Both the position numbers and the translations under genes were made by a program. A DNA stretch of 48,065 nt from an uncultured Methanobacteriaceae archaeon. Lineage in GTDB: Archaea > Methanobacteriota > Methanobacteria > Methanobacteriales > Methanobacteriaceae. The DNA is taken from NCBI GenBank assembly GCA_964547125.1, contig CAZJLS010000005.1:1-48065 (forward strand). Reading direction: 5' to 3'. The notes under the pieces were generated by a model. It made no database searches, was not told the DNA's origin, and saw only the letters and a list, made by a program, of their open reading frames with translations. Positions 19,435 to 29,170 of the stretch are shown in pieces. Each line of letters begins with the position of its first letter. The first letter of the stretch is position 1.

Positions 19435-19467
19435 AATAAAATATATTCCTCTTATTTTTTTCTTTTT

Positions 19468-19902
19468 TTAATTGATTACTAATTGAACTTCAGTTATTAA
19501 ATGTTGTTCATCAGTATAAAATGGATTATTAATAAATATTAAATAAACTGTTTTAGATGAGTTGTAGTTTTTATCTTTGCAGAATTTTACTAAATCTTCA
19601 TATGTTTTTTTTACTGTTTTATGAGAACCTATGTGTATTTTACTTACTACATTGTGTGATTTTTCTGTTAGGACATCAATGTTTTTTGGAGGGATTAAAT
19701 TTTCGCCTTTAATACTTAATCCACATATTTTCCCAATATCTTCTTCAATATTTTCTATTTTTGCAAATGGAACTCCATTTACTATTATTTTATCTTCTTT
19801 TGCCCATTCAAAAACATCATATAATGAGTTGTTTAATCCTTCATCAGTGAATTCTGTAATTGCAATTTTATTTTCAGGTATTGTTTTTTCTCTTATCTTC
19901 AT
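19468..19902 (-). CDS. Hypothetical protein, possibly with a GyrI-like small-molecule-binding fold.
   Basis: The size and the C-terminal TVYLIFINNPFYTDEQHLITEVQLVI resemble GyrI-like/AraC effector-binding domains. This is a weak assignment. Confidence 0.35.
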   Translation of the reverse strand: MKIREKTIPENKIAITEFTDEGLNNSLYDVFEWAKEDKIIVNGVPFAKIENIEEDIGKICGLSIKGENLIPPKNIDVLTEKSHNVVSKIHIGSHKTVKKTYEDLVKFCKDKNYNSSKTVYLIFINNPFYTDEQHLITEVQLVIN

Positions 19903-19922
19903 TTTATTTTTTCTCGTATTTT

Positions 19923-20786
19923 TTAGATTAGTTTTGTTTGTATTGTTTTTTGTGGAAATTCATGTAAATAGTTAAATATTTCATTCGTATTTGTTATTAT
20001 ATTATTTTCTTTTGTTCTTTTTTTAAATATTTTCATTAGTTTTTTATTGTTTGGGCTTGTTATTGTGTATTGGTTTTTGTATTTTTTTATGTATTTTTCT
20101 TTTAAATCTGGCCAGTATTTATCTAGATTTTTATAAAAGTATTCTCTGTTTCCTTCACGTAGTGTTAAACCCATTCCAAAGCATATTATTCCTTTAACAT
20201 TTGTGTCTATACAGTAGTCCAATATTTTATTTATATTTTCTTCTGTATCAGTTATGTAGGGCAATATTGGTGTTAGCCAGACGATTGTGGGGATTTTTTC
20301 TTTGTTTAATTTTTTAAGTACATTAACTCTTTCTTTGGTTGAGGATACTTTAGGTTCTATTTTTTTACATAATTCTTCATCAGAACATGTTAATGTTATT
20401 TGAACTACTGCTTTGGTTTTTTTGTTTATTTTTTTAAGTAGGTCTAAATCTCTTAGTATTAAGTTTGATTTTGTAATGCATGTGAAACCATGCCCATATT
20501 TATATATGAGTTCTAATGTTTTTCTTGTGTATTTTAAGTCTTTTTCTAATGGCATGTATGGATCGCTCATTGATCCTGTTCCAATCATTACCTTTTTTCT
20601 TTTGTTTTTAAGTGTTTTTTCAAGTAGTTCAATACTGTTTTCTTTTACTGCTATATCTTCAAAGTCATGATTCATATTATATATTTTGCTTCTTGAATCA
20701 CAGTATATGCAGCCGTGTATACATCCACGGTATAAGTTCATACCATTATTATTTGAAAGTATTGATTTTGTGTTAATGTAATGCAT
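19923..20786 (-). CDS. Radical SAM protein of the spore-photoproduct-lyase (SplB/COG1533) family.
   Basis: NLYRGCIHGCIYCDSR is the CxxxCxYC radical-SAM motif in the SPL-family context. TIM-barrel-like length. Confidence 0.65.
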   Translation of the reverse strand: MHYINTKSILSNNNGMNLYRGCIHGCIYCDSRSKIYNMNHDFEDIAVKENSIELLEKTLKNKRKKVMIGTGSMSDPYMPLEKDLKYTRKTLELIYKYGHGFTCITKSNLILRDLDLLKKINKKTKAVVQITLTCSDEELCKKIEPKVSSTKERVNVLKKLNKEKIPTIVWLTPILPYITDTEENINKILDYCIDTNVKGIICFGMGLTLREGNREYFYKNLDKYWPDLKEKYIKKYKNQYTITSPNNKKLMKIFKKRTKENNIITNTNEIFNYLHEFPQKTIQTKLI

Positions 20787-20809
20787 AAAAAAAAGAGAAA
20801 AAAAGAAGT

Positions 20810-21685
20810 TTAGATGAGGTATTCTTCATCTACATCATAATCAAGTATTTTTTCATTGTATAGTGAACCTATAGCATAATTTAGGAATAGTCCTGTATAA
20901 GAATCTACGAATAATCCCATTAGTATTGTTTGAACTAATATTATTATAATAAATTGTCCAGTTAATACTGAAAATGCAGAACCTATTATAGAGATTATTA
21001 ATTCTGCAGCTAATGAAATTATTATGAATATTAATACTAAAGTGAACATTGTTCCAAAATATCTTAACCATGATATTTTTGAGATTGTTTGACGTATTTC
21101 GTTAAATTTGAATGCGTATGCGATTTTATTATCATTTACAGTCATATTTACTATCGCCATTGGTGATAATAAGGCCATATAAATCATTAAAATTGTGCCT
21201 ATTATGATGAATATGATTGCAATATTTCCACCTAAAATTATACCTATATTTAAAATGATTGTTGGTATTATTAAGTATGCAATAGATACTATGGCGACTT
21301 TGAAACCATTTATCATTTTGTTTAATGGTTTATTAAAATCTGGTAGGACATATTGATTATTTACTCCATTATTAACCACATCTAATTGATAACCTAAAAT
21401 GTATAATGAAATAATTATTGAAAGTATGAACAGTATTACAAGTATAATCCAAGTATTTGTCGGAATATGTGAAAAAGCAAGATTAGTTGCTTCTGTTAAT
21501 GTTGTTACGTTTGTACTTGCAGATAATGAGTCATAATTAATATTGTATATTGCCATGAAGAATATATAAGTTAAAGAGGTTGTTATTATGTTTAATATTG
21601 TTACAATAACTCCAAATTTTAGAAATGTTTTCATATCTGAAAATGGATATCTCATGGAGTTTTTTATTAAATCTGTTATCCCCAT
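20810..21685 (-). CDS. DUF4013-like polytopic membrane protein (paralog family member 1).
   Basis: Multi-TM. Shares an A..AF.F..I...I..I.W block with 21691..22437 and 47122..47964. Confidence 0.45.
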   Translation of the reverse strand: MGITDLIKNSMRYPFSDMKTFLKFGVIVTILNIITTSLTYIFFMAIYNINYDSLSASTNVTTLTEATNLAFSHIPTNTWIILVILFILSIIISLYILGYQLDVVNNGVNNQYVLPDFNKPLNKMINGFKVAIVSIAYLIIPTIILNIGIILGGNIAIIFIIIGTILMIYMALLSPMAIVNMTVNDNKIAYAFKFNEIRQTISKISWLRYFGTMFTLVLIFIIISLAAELIISIIGSAFSVLTGQFIIIILVQTILMGLFVDSYTGLFLNYAIGSLYNEKILDYDVDEEYLI

Positions 21686-21690
21686 CTCTT

Positions 21691-22437
21691 TTATTCCTCC
21701 ACTGGTTCATATATTAATCCTAATGCACGGTTTCTGAATACAGACATATATGGTTGGAGTATAAGTGAAAATACTAAAAATACTAAGAATGTTATTATAA
21801 GTGATCCTAGTGATGCAACACCTGCATTTAATCCACCTAAACCAAGTACAACAATAACTTGTAATATTACAGAGATAATTGCAGTTAATGCTACTATTAC
21901 TCCCTGAGCAATAATTAATCCAATATAGAATAAAACATATCTAAACCATCCAATATTGTCTATTATATTCCATATTCCTTCAAAGTCAAATGCTTTTTTT
22001 AATGCCCCATCATGTGCAACCATATTTGTAACTGCCATAAGTGACATGAAGAAGAATATGAATAATACTATAATAAATACTATTAAACCAAATATTCCTA
22101 TTCCATTCCCTATACCTGAGTGTAAGTTTGATAATCCTCCACTTGCAATAGCAAATGCCAAATAAATTAGTATTGGTATTATCATGTATACAATGTTTAC
22201 AAGAAATACTTTTAATCCGTCTACAAACATACCTACTAAATCATTGAATTCAGGTAGTTTTTCATTTCCGTTTACCATTCCTTTTGTTGATATATCTAAT
22301 ACTCTGTATTCATATCCTAAAACTAAAAATAATGGTACAATTAAAACACTTAGTAACATACAAATTCCTAATTTAAGTAGTGTTACTTTATCTTGCATAG
22401 AATATTCCAATGCATCTTTATAAATATCTAATAACAT
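21691..22437 (-). CDS. DUF4013-like polytopic membrane protein (paralog family member 2).
   Basis: GYEYRVLDISTKG....EKLPEFNDLVGMFVDGLKVFLVNIVYMIIP matches the DUF4013 GY..R / LPeF / dGlk pattern. Confidence 0.5.
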   Translation of the reverse strand: MLLDIYKDALEYSMQDKVTLLKLGICMLLSVLIVPLFLVLGYEYRVLDISTKGMVNGNEKLPEFNDLVGMFVDGLKVFLVNIVYMIIPILIYLAFAIASGGLSNLHSGIGNGIGIFGLIVFIIVLFIFFFMSLMAVTNMVAHDGALKKAFDFEGIWNIIDNIGWFRYVLFYIGLIIAQGVIVALTAIISVILQVIVVLGLGGLNAGVASLGSLIITFLVFLVFSLILQPYMSVFRNRALGLIYEPVEE

Positions 22438-22452
22438 CTTTTTACTCCTTTT

Positions 22453-22671
22453 TTAACTTAAATCGCTTTCATCAAAGTAGAATACATCTTCTATATGTTC
22501 TTGTTTTAATATCTTTGTTATTTTGTAAGATACTATGAGTGATGGATTATACCTTGAGTTTTCAAGTGCATTTATTGTTTGTCTTGTTACGCCTACTTTT
22601 TCAGCCAATTCTTTTTGGCTCATTCCCATTTCTAAGCGTAGGAATCTTATTCTTGTTCTCAATTCTTCCAT
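22453..22671 (-). CDS. XRE-family (Cro/C1-type) helix-turn-helix transcriptional regulator.
   Basis: [29 protein letters not shown] is a canonical HTH_3 motif. Confidence 0.8.
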   Translation of the reverse strand: MEELRTRIRFLRLEMGMSQKELAEKVGVTRQTINALENSRYNPSLIVSYKITKILKQEHIEDVFYFDESDLS

Positions 22672-22763
22672 CTTCCTTTTTTATATATTTTAAAAATAAA
22701 AATTGAAAAAATTTTTTTTAATTAAAACACAATGTAAAATATATTTTCCAAGATATATAAATA

Positions 22764-23324
22764 TTATTCCACAAAATGAATATAATCTTTTTTACGAGGA
22801 GCAGGTTTAGGATTTGGACAATCAGCATACCCTAAAATAACATGCCCTACACCTTCATAATACTCAGGGATACCCCAATCCTTAAGTAAATCCTTACCTC
22901 TTTGAGTTTCAAATTCTTCCCTTGCACGATTAATCCAACATGAACCAACACCAACAGCATGAGCACCATTAACAAGATTAGTTAAAACAGCACAACCATC
23001 AAGAATATAATTAGGTTTACGACTATCACCCAGAACAATAAGTAAACATGGAGCCTTATAAAATGCATCAAGAGAATTTGGAACTTCTTTAGTATAAAAA
23101 CTCTTATTCCATGCACTTAATTCATCAATAAAATCCCTATCTTGGATAACAACAATTTTAGAAGTTTGATAATTACGACCACTAGGCGCATAAGTTCCAA
23201 TCTTTAAAATTGTATTTAAATCATCTTCGTCAATAGGTTCATCCTTAAATTTACGAATACTTCGCCTAGTAAGTAAAACATCTACTGCAGAAATAGAAAT
23301 TACCTCCTTAAAAATCATCCTCAT
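22764..23324 (-). CDS. Nitroreductase family protein. The start is uncertain because the 5' end overlaps a small zinc-ribbon ORF.
   Basis: DVLLTRRSIRKFKDEPI N-terminal signature with the nitroreductase fold length. AGGAGG at 23303..23308 lies inside the predicted 5' end. Confidence 0.8.
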   Translation of the reverse strand: MRMIFKEVISISAVDVLLTRRSIRKFKDEPIDEDDLNTILKIGTYAPSGRNYQTSKIVVIQDRDFIDELSAWNKSFYTKEVPNSLDAFYKAPCLLIVLGDSRKPNYILDGCAVLTNLVNGAHAVGVGSCWINRAREEFETQRGKDLLKDWGIPEYYEGVGHVILGYADCPNPKPAPRKKDYIHFVE

Positions 23325-23466
23325 TTAACATATAAAATAAATAATCATCTTCATATACGCGTTCTTCTTCTTCATATGTCATATTACTTAATCTAGATCC
23401 ACATTGTGAACAAAATTTAGCTCTATCCACATTTGCACTATTACATTTAGAACAATATTTAACCAT
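23308..23466 (-). CDS. 52-aa zinc-ribbon protein (MVKYCSKCNSANVDRAKFCSQCGSRL...) that does not appear in the ORF track.
   Basis: Manual reverse-complement translation gives CxxC-x9-CxxC followed by an acidic tail. It is the same ribbon type as many neighbours. Confidence 0.45.
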   Translation of the reverse strand: MVKYCSKCNSANVDRAKFCSQCGSRLSNMTYEEEERVYEDDYLFYMLNEDDF

Positions 23467-23567
23467 AAATCACTCACTCCCATTGAAAGATTTTTTTAAT
23501 ATACAAATATTATATATGTTTTTAAAATAATATAATATTAAATATAATATTTTTTGAGAAGTTCAAT

Positions 23568-23900
23568 ATGAAAGCTAAAACTAGAAAATATTTAATAATA
23601 GGTCTTGAAGTAGTTGTTCTACTAATATTATTATCTATTATTGTTGTTGTTGAAACACAACATTTAAGTGAAGCGGATAAAAACCGTGAACTTGGAATAC
23701 CTAGTTTTAACCACAACGGCAATGCAACAAACATCACAGTTGAAGATGTTAATACTGCATACGGAAATTACACTATTAGAAGATACAGTTTTACTGATGG
23801 AACTATTGAAGAAAGACTTTACTACAACACAGGTAATGCTAGCGAAAATGTAGCTAATATCCTTGTTGATCAAAATGATATTGTTTTAGGAGTACTCTAA
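23568..23900 (+). CDS. Small N-terminally anchored secreted protein (hypothetical).
   Basis: TM LIIGLEVVVLLILLSIIVVV followed by a sequon-rich ectodomain. Confidence 0.35.
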   Translation: MKAKTRKYLIIGLEVVVLLILLSIIVVVETQHLSEADKNRELGIPSFNHNGNATNITVEDVNTAYGNYTIRRYSFTDGTIEERLYYNTGNASENVANILVDQNDIVLGVL

Positions 23901-24046
23901 AACTTTATTTTTTACTATTTTTTTAAAGGAGAAAAAATAAATTGGCTAAACTTACAGAAGCTGATAAAAAAAAGAATAAAATTATAATAAAAATTATTTT
24001 ACCCTTAGTTGTGATTATTGGTATTTTACTGATGTTAATTTTTATC

Positions 24047-25726
24047 TTATTTTGCTAGATATATTTTTTCTATATCTGATTTATTTTTATTTATTAAGTT
24101 TAATTCTATTGGTATTCCAGTTTTTTCTGATATGTAATAATGCCAGTACATTTGTCTACTATTTGGTTTTTCATCACTTGCATAAATTTCTGTGAAGAAT
24201 AATTCATCATTATTGTATACTATGAAGTGTGGTATGCCTTTACATGGTAAGTATTTGCAGTCGTATATTTGGTTTAGTCTGTTTCTTCCAACGATTTTTA
24301 GTATTTTTTCTTCTCCAAATATATTTATTAAGTTTAATAGTATTTCTTCTATTTGTTTATCTGTTTCTATATCTTCCATGTTTTCTTGGTGTATTTGTTG
24401 GAATGCTTTTTTTATTTCGTTTTTAAGGTTTAATTTTTCTAATTGTTTTATTCTTGTGATTACTTCTTCTTTGTGATATGTTGTGTTTACAATTATTTCC
24501 ATATCATAGTGAATATTTAAAAATAGTAAATATGTGTAGTAGTAAATGAATTCTGAGCTTAATATATGGTATCCTTTTTCTTGATAGTAATCTATTATTA
24601 GTTGTTTTTTATCTTTTATTCCTTTTGATGTTTTATATTTTATTGCTTGTTTTTTTTCTTTTTTTAATTCATTTGCTGTGTGTTGGAGTATTCTTATATT
24701 TTTTAGTAGTTTGTATTTGTATTGTGGATTTGTTATTTCATCTTGGGTGCCGTATTTTTCTCTGTGTTTTTCATAGGCTTGTTTGGATCCGCTTCTTTTA
24801 TTGAAGTATTGTGCATATTTGTAGTTTTGATATGCTTTTTTGTAGTTTCCTATATTTTCAAAGTGTTTTGCTTGTTGGTTGTGGATTATTCCCCTATTTC
24901 TGTTTGAATTTGTAAGCATGAATGCTTTATTATATAAGCTTATTAGTGTTTTTGATATTAGATTATAGTAAATGTCATTGTGGTCGTAATCTTTTAGTTG
25001 TTCTTCTGATTTTTGTATAACTGATAAAAATTGATTTAATTCTTGTATTGGTTTTTCTAGTGTGTTTTTATCCCGTATTTTACCTAATTTTTCTTCTTGT
25101 TTTTCTTGTTCTATTTTTTCTAAATTAGTTTTACTTAATAGGTTGGGATTATATGAGTATTGTAAGTGTTTGTTATAGTAGAATAGATAGATTGTTCTTT
25201 CATTTATTTTGAATTCATTTGTATATGGGAATTTTATTAAGTTTCCCCAATTTAAATCTTTATTTATCCATTCAATAAAGGTTAATCCACATATTGTTTG
25301 TCTATGTAGTAGGTTGTTTTTATCTAAAAGGATTATAAGTTTTACTAATGCTTCATGTTGGAATCTAAATTGTAATAAATCATATAATTGGTTTTCAAGT
25401 ATGGGATAATCTAATTTAATAAGTTTATTATATACATCTTGCATTTCTGATGCTTCTTCAAGTAGTTCTAATACTTTTATTCTTAATTTTTTATTATGGT
25501 TTAAATTGTATTCGAGAACTGTTGGAAGTAATTTTGTTTCTTTTCCTAATATGCTTTTTAAACTGTTGAAATTGGAATTGTTAAAGTTTTTTTCTGCTTG
25601 TTTATCTAATTCAATTTGTTCTTCTAATGTTTTTGTGAATGTTTCATATTTTTGGTTTTTTCCACAATTATAACAGTATTTATCTGATTCTCTCAGTCTA
25701 GCATTACAGTAGTTACAAGCTTTCAT
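24047..25726 (-). CDS. N-terminal zinc-ribbon protein with a large helical domain and a C-terminal module of unknown function.
   Basis: MKACNYCNARL..YCYNCGKN ribbon. A charged alpha-helical body. C-terminus GIPHFIVYNNDELFFTEIYASDEK. Confidence 0.45.
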   Translation of the reverse strand: MKACNYCNARLRESDKYCYNCGKNQKYETFTKTLEEQIELDKQAEKNFNNSNFNSLKSILGKETKLLPTVLEYNLNHNKKLRIKVLELLEEASEMQDVYNKLIKLDYPILENQLYDLLQFRFQHEALVKLIILLDKNNLLHRQTICGLTFIEWINKDLNWGNLIKFPYTNEFKINERTIYLFYYNKHLQYSYNPNLLSKTNLEKIEQEKQEEKLGKIRDKNTLEKPIQELNQFLSVIQKSEEQLKDYDHNDIYYNLISKTLISLYNKAFMLTNSNRNRGIIHNQQAKHFENIGNYKKAYQNYKYAQYFNKRSGSKQAYEKHREKYGTQDEITNPQYKYKLLKNIRILQHTANELKKEKKQAIKYKTSKGIKDKKQLIIDYYQEKGYHILSSEFIYYYTYLLFLNIHYDMEIIVNTTYHKEEVITRIKQLEKLNLKNEIKKAFQQIHQENMEDIETDKQIEEILLNLINIFGEEKILKIVGRNRLNQIYDCKYLPCKGIPHFIVYNNDELFFTEIYASDEKPNSRQMYWHYYISEKTGIPIELNLINKNKSDIEKIYLAK

Positions 25727-26157
25727 ATTATATCTTCAAATCTTCTATTTAATTTTTCTGGATAAATTATGACTTTTTTTATCATATCAAAGTCGTTTTG
25801 GTGACATATTATTTTTTGATATGTGAATTTGTCTTTTTCATCAGTTTTGAATATTGATTCTCTATATCTTTTTATTGTTTCCCCATTATTTCCAACTATT
25901 TCTAAATTTATTTCCAAGTTTTCGTTTAAGTTTAATAGTGGTTTTGCTTGGAATTTAAGATATATTTTATCATATTTTGTATCCCATGTGAAATTTTCAA
26001 GTTTTAATGCAGTTTCTTCTTCTTTTTCTATTTTATGTTCTATTATTAGGTTGTTAATATTTTCTTTAAATATGTTTAATTTAAATCCACATTTTAAACA
26101 GTAATCTGAGTTTTTTGGATTGTTTTTATACCCACATTTTTCACATGTTTTCTTCAT
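25723..26157 (-). CDS. Zinc-ribbon protein (144 aa), translationally coupled to 24047..25726 by an ATGA overlap.
   Basis: TCEKCGYKN...YCLKCGF ribbon. 4-nt overlap with the downstream gene. Confidence 0.45.
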   Translation of the reverse strand: MKKTCEKCGYKNNPKNSDYCLKCGFKLNIFKENINNLIIEHKIEKEEETALKLENFTWDTKYDKIYLKFQAKPLLNLNENLEINLEIVGNNGETIKRYRESIFKTDEKDKFTYQKIICHQNDFDMIKKVIIYPEKLNRRFEDII

Positions 26158-26175
26158 TTTTTTATTATCCTTTTT

Positions 26176-26691
26176 TTATGGTTTTGTCCATTCTACATTG
26201 TAGTATGTTATGTCATGGTCTTCATCAACTATTGCAAGTAGTAGTTTTTTTCTAACACCATGTGAAACTCGTATGTAACTTGCAAAATCAAGTGCAGGTA
26301 TTTTATAGTTTTCATATATTATTTTAACTAAGTAATCTGAGTGTCCTTCTCCTGGAGAGCGTCCACGATCATATAATCTGAAATCAGAACCATATTTAAA
26401 TCCTGTTTTTATTATGTATCCTCTGTCTTTTAAGTCCTTGTATACTAAATATTTCCCATAAACTTTATTGTTTTTTAATATTTCAAGTATTTCATTTGTA
26501 GTGCATTCTTCATTATTTTTATAAAGGTTTAATCTACCTTTTTCCATTAAATATAATGCTTCTATTAATGATAATTCTAATTTATCTTCTGATAATTTAC
26601 CAAATCCACTTTTCTGATTTAGGCTTATGGGTTTTTTACTTCCTTCTTCTATTTTTATGGTTACTGTTTTATCATACAATTCAGCACGCAT
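26176..26691 (-). CDS. endA: tRNA-splicing (intron) endonuclease EndA.
   Basis: GFKYGSDFRLYDRG....HSDYLVKII......LDFASYIRVSHGVRKKLLLAIV matches the EndA catalytic C-terminal domain (Tyr/His/Lys triad pattern). Confidence 0.75.
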   Translation of the reverse strand: MRAELYDKTVTIKIEEGSKKPISLNQKSGFGKLSEDKLELSLIEALYLMEKGRLNLYKNNEECTTNEILEILKNNKVYGKYLVYKDLKDRGYIIKTGFKYGSDFRLYDRGRSPGEGHSDYLVKIIYENYKIPALDFASYIRVSHGVRKKLLLAIVDEDHDITYYNVEWTKP

Positions 26692-26894
26692 AGAATCTAT
26701 TCCTCAAAAAAGATTAATTTTATATTCAATATTTATTTAATTATTATATAATAAATAAATTTTTAGGAAAAAATAAAAAATGATAGATTTTGATGATTTT
26801 GATAAAACAGAGAAAATATTGATTATTATTGCAGTTATAATATTGTTTATTGTTATGGTAACTACAATTTGGAGTGTTTTATTTCCCTAATAAT

Positions 26895-27470
26895 TTAAGC
26901 ACCGCCCAAACAACTTCTAAATTCTGTAAAGTTTAAGTATTCATCATTATTACCATTGGCAGATTCAAATTCAACCACACAAATTTCTTCTATTGAATAA
27001 CCTTCCCAAAAACTGTCTTCTGCAAAGAGATAACCAATACTTCCAAATTCATTTCCATCAATTAAACCATCATTATTAACATCAGTGTTTTTGAAAAATT
27101 CGTAATCAGCTTTAGATATAAAGTAACACCATATTGGAGCAATATCCTTAAATTCTTCAAATGTTAATTCTCCATTGTTATCAGAATCTAGAGTGTTGAA
27201 ATCATTAGTCATTCTTTGTGATAATTCAACATCATTTTCATCTTCAAAAATAGATTTATAAGCTTCTTTTAAGTTTGAAAATTGAGTTAAATCAATAGAA
27301 TTAGAATCTCCACTCAAATTATTGAAAACAGAATGCATTACAGAATCAACATATTTCTCATCTTGAAAATATGTGTTTTTCCATTCATTAAATAAATTTT
27401 CACTATTCGATGCATAAGCAGGTATAATTAATAGTATTATTAATAAGAGTGCGAATAAAATTTTTTTCAT
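26895..27470 (-). CDS. Secreted protein with two EF-hand Ca2+-binding loops.
   Basis: Signal MKKILFALLLIILLIIPAYA. DSDNNGELTFEEF and DVNNDGLIDGNEF are canonical DxDxNG....E loops. Confidence 0.55.
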   Translation of the reverse strand: MKKILFALLLIILLIIPAYASNSENLFNEWKNTYFQDEKYVDSVMHSVFNNLSGDSNSIDLTQFSNLKEAYKSIFEDENDVELSQRMTNDFNTLDSDNNGELTFEEFKDIAPIWCYFISKADYEFFKNTDVNNDGLIDGNEFGSIGYLFAEDSFWEGYSIEEICVVEFESANGNNDEYLNFTEFRSCLGGA

Positions 27471-27589
27471 AATAATTTATATAATTCCAAATATTATTTA
27501 AATATTTTATAAAAAGGTGAATATTTTTTTATAGAATTATTTAATAGTTAAATAAAACAAAATTAGTATTTAATTAAAGGATATGGAGA

Positions 27590-29116
27590 TTGTTTTTTAT
27601 AAATTTAAATGAATTTAAAGAAAATAGTAAGCTTGAAGTTTTATCTGGTTTAACTGTTTCATTTGCATTAATGCCAGAGTGTATTGCTTTTGCAATTGTT
27701 GCACATTTAAGTCCCTTTGTAGGTTTGTATACTGCGGCAATTATTTGTTTAATTACTGCAATACTTGGTGGGCGACCAGGTTTGATTAGTGGTGCTGCAG
27801 GTAGTGTGGCTGTTGTTAGTGTTGCTCTGGTTATTAGTCATGGTGTTGAGTATTTATATTTAGCAGTTATTTTAATGGGACTTATACAAATTCTTGTTGG
27901 TGTTTTTAAATTAGCTAAGTTTATACGTTTAGTGCCCCAGCCAGTTGTTTATGGTTTTTTAAATGGTTTGGCCATTATAATTTTTTTATCTCAGTTTGAG
28001 CAGTTTAAAACTAGTGGTGGTGCTTGGTTAAGTGGTGTTCCTTTAGTTATTATGATTGGTCTTGTTGTTTTGAGTATGTTTATTATGTATCTTTTGCCTA
28101 AATATACTAAAAGGGTTCCTAGTGCTTTGGTAAGTATTATTGTTATTAGTTTTATTAGTTTTATTTTTAGTTTGAATACTCGCACTATTGGCAGTATTGC
28201 TAGTGTTAGTGCTGGTCTTCCTGCATTTCATATTCCTATGGTTCCTATTAGTTTAGAGTCCATTAGTATTGTTTTGCCTTATGCTTTTTTAATGGCTGCA
28301 GTTGGTTTGATTGAAACTTTATTAACTGTTAATGTTGTTGATGAGATGACTAATACACGAGGTAGAGCTAATAAGGAGAGTGTTGGTCAAGGTATTGCTA
28401 ATACTGTTTGTGGTTTTTTCCAGGGAATGGGTGGTTGTGCTATGGTTGGTCAGACTATGGTTAATTTAGAGTCTGGTGGTCGTAATCGTTTGAGTGGTAT
28501 TGTTGCTGGTTTATTCATATTTTTTATTATTATTTGTGGTTCTAAGCTTATTGATTTAATTCCTATGGCTGCTCTTGTTGGTATTATGTTTATGGTTGCA
28601 ATTAATACATTTAAATGGTCAAGTTTAAAGATGTTGAAGCATGTTCCTCGTGTTGATATGTTTGTTATGATTATTGTTACTGTTATTACTGTTGTTTTGA
28701 ATAATCTTGCTATTGCAGTTTTAATTGGTGTTATTATTAGTGCTTTGAATTTTGCATGGGAGGGTGCTAAACGGATTGGATGTGTTGAATCTTATGATGT
28801 TGAACATGATGTTAAATATTATGAGATTAAAGGACCATTATTCTTTGCTAGTACAAGTAATTTTAAAGAAATTTTTGATTATAGTTTAGATGTTGGGACT
28901 GTTGTTATTGATTTTAGAAATGCTAGGATTACAGATCAATCTGCTATTGTTGCAGTAGATGAAGTTACTAATAGATACAGAAATAATGGAATTAAAGTTT
29001 TATTAAGTCATTTAAGTGATGATTGTAGAGAATTGTTAGATGAAAATAGTGAATTTATTGAAGTAGATATTCTTGAAAATCCTTATTATCGTGTTCCATC
29101 CGATGAATTAGATTAA
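27590..29116 (+). CDS. SulP-family anion (sulfate) permease with a C-terminal STAS domain. A TTG start was predicted, and an internal ATG is an alternative.
   Basis: VLSGLTVSFALMPECIAFAIVA N-terminal SulP motif, about 11 TM helices and a C-terminal STAS-like region (KYYEIKGPLFFAS...). Confidence 0.85.
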   Translation: MFFINLNEFKENSKLEVLSGLTVSFALMPECIAFAIVAHLSPFVGLYTAAIICLITAILGGRPGLISGAAGSVAVVSVALVISHGVEYLYLAVILMGLIQILVGVFKLAKFIRLVPQPVVYGFLNGLAIIIFLSQFEQFKTSGGAWLSGVPLVIMIGLVVLSMFIMYLLPKYTKRVPSALVSIIVISFISFIFSLNTRTIGSIASVSAGLPAFHIPMVPISLESISIVLPYAFLMAAVGLIETLLTVNVVDEMTNTRGRANKESVGQGIANTVCGFFQGMGGCAMVGQTMVNLESGGRNRLSGIVAGLFIFFIIICGSKLIDLIPMAALVGIMFMVAINTFKWSSLKMLKHVPRVDMFVMIIVTVITVVLNNLAIAVLIGVIISALNFAWEGAKRIGCVESYDVEHDVKYYEIKGPLFFASTSNFKEIFDYSLDVGTVVIDFRNARITDQSAIVAVDEVTNRYRNNGIKVLLSHLSDDCRELLDENSEFIEVDILENPYYRVPSDELD

Positions 29117-29170
29117 AAAAAAGGAAGTTTTTTATGGTTTTTAAACCATGAAAAATTAATTTAATTTGTT

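Noticed and set aside
26780-26890. 36-aa hydrophobic ORF (MIDFDDFDKTEKILIIIAVIILFIVMVTTIWSVLFP) in the endA/EF-hand intergenic region
   Set aside because: It is a plausible small membrane peptide. However, it is too short and has no motif to support it as a feature without conservation data.
27590-29116. Apparent G+T-rich composition of the SulP gene, considered as a horizontally acquired island
   Set aside because: The skew is explained by Val/Gly/Leu/Phe-rich transmembrane coding on the sense strand. It cannot be distinguished from native membrane-protein genes without computed statistics.
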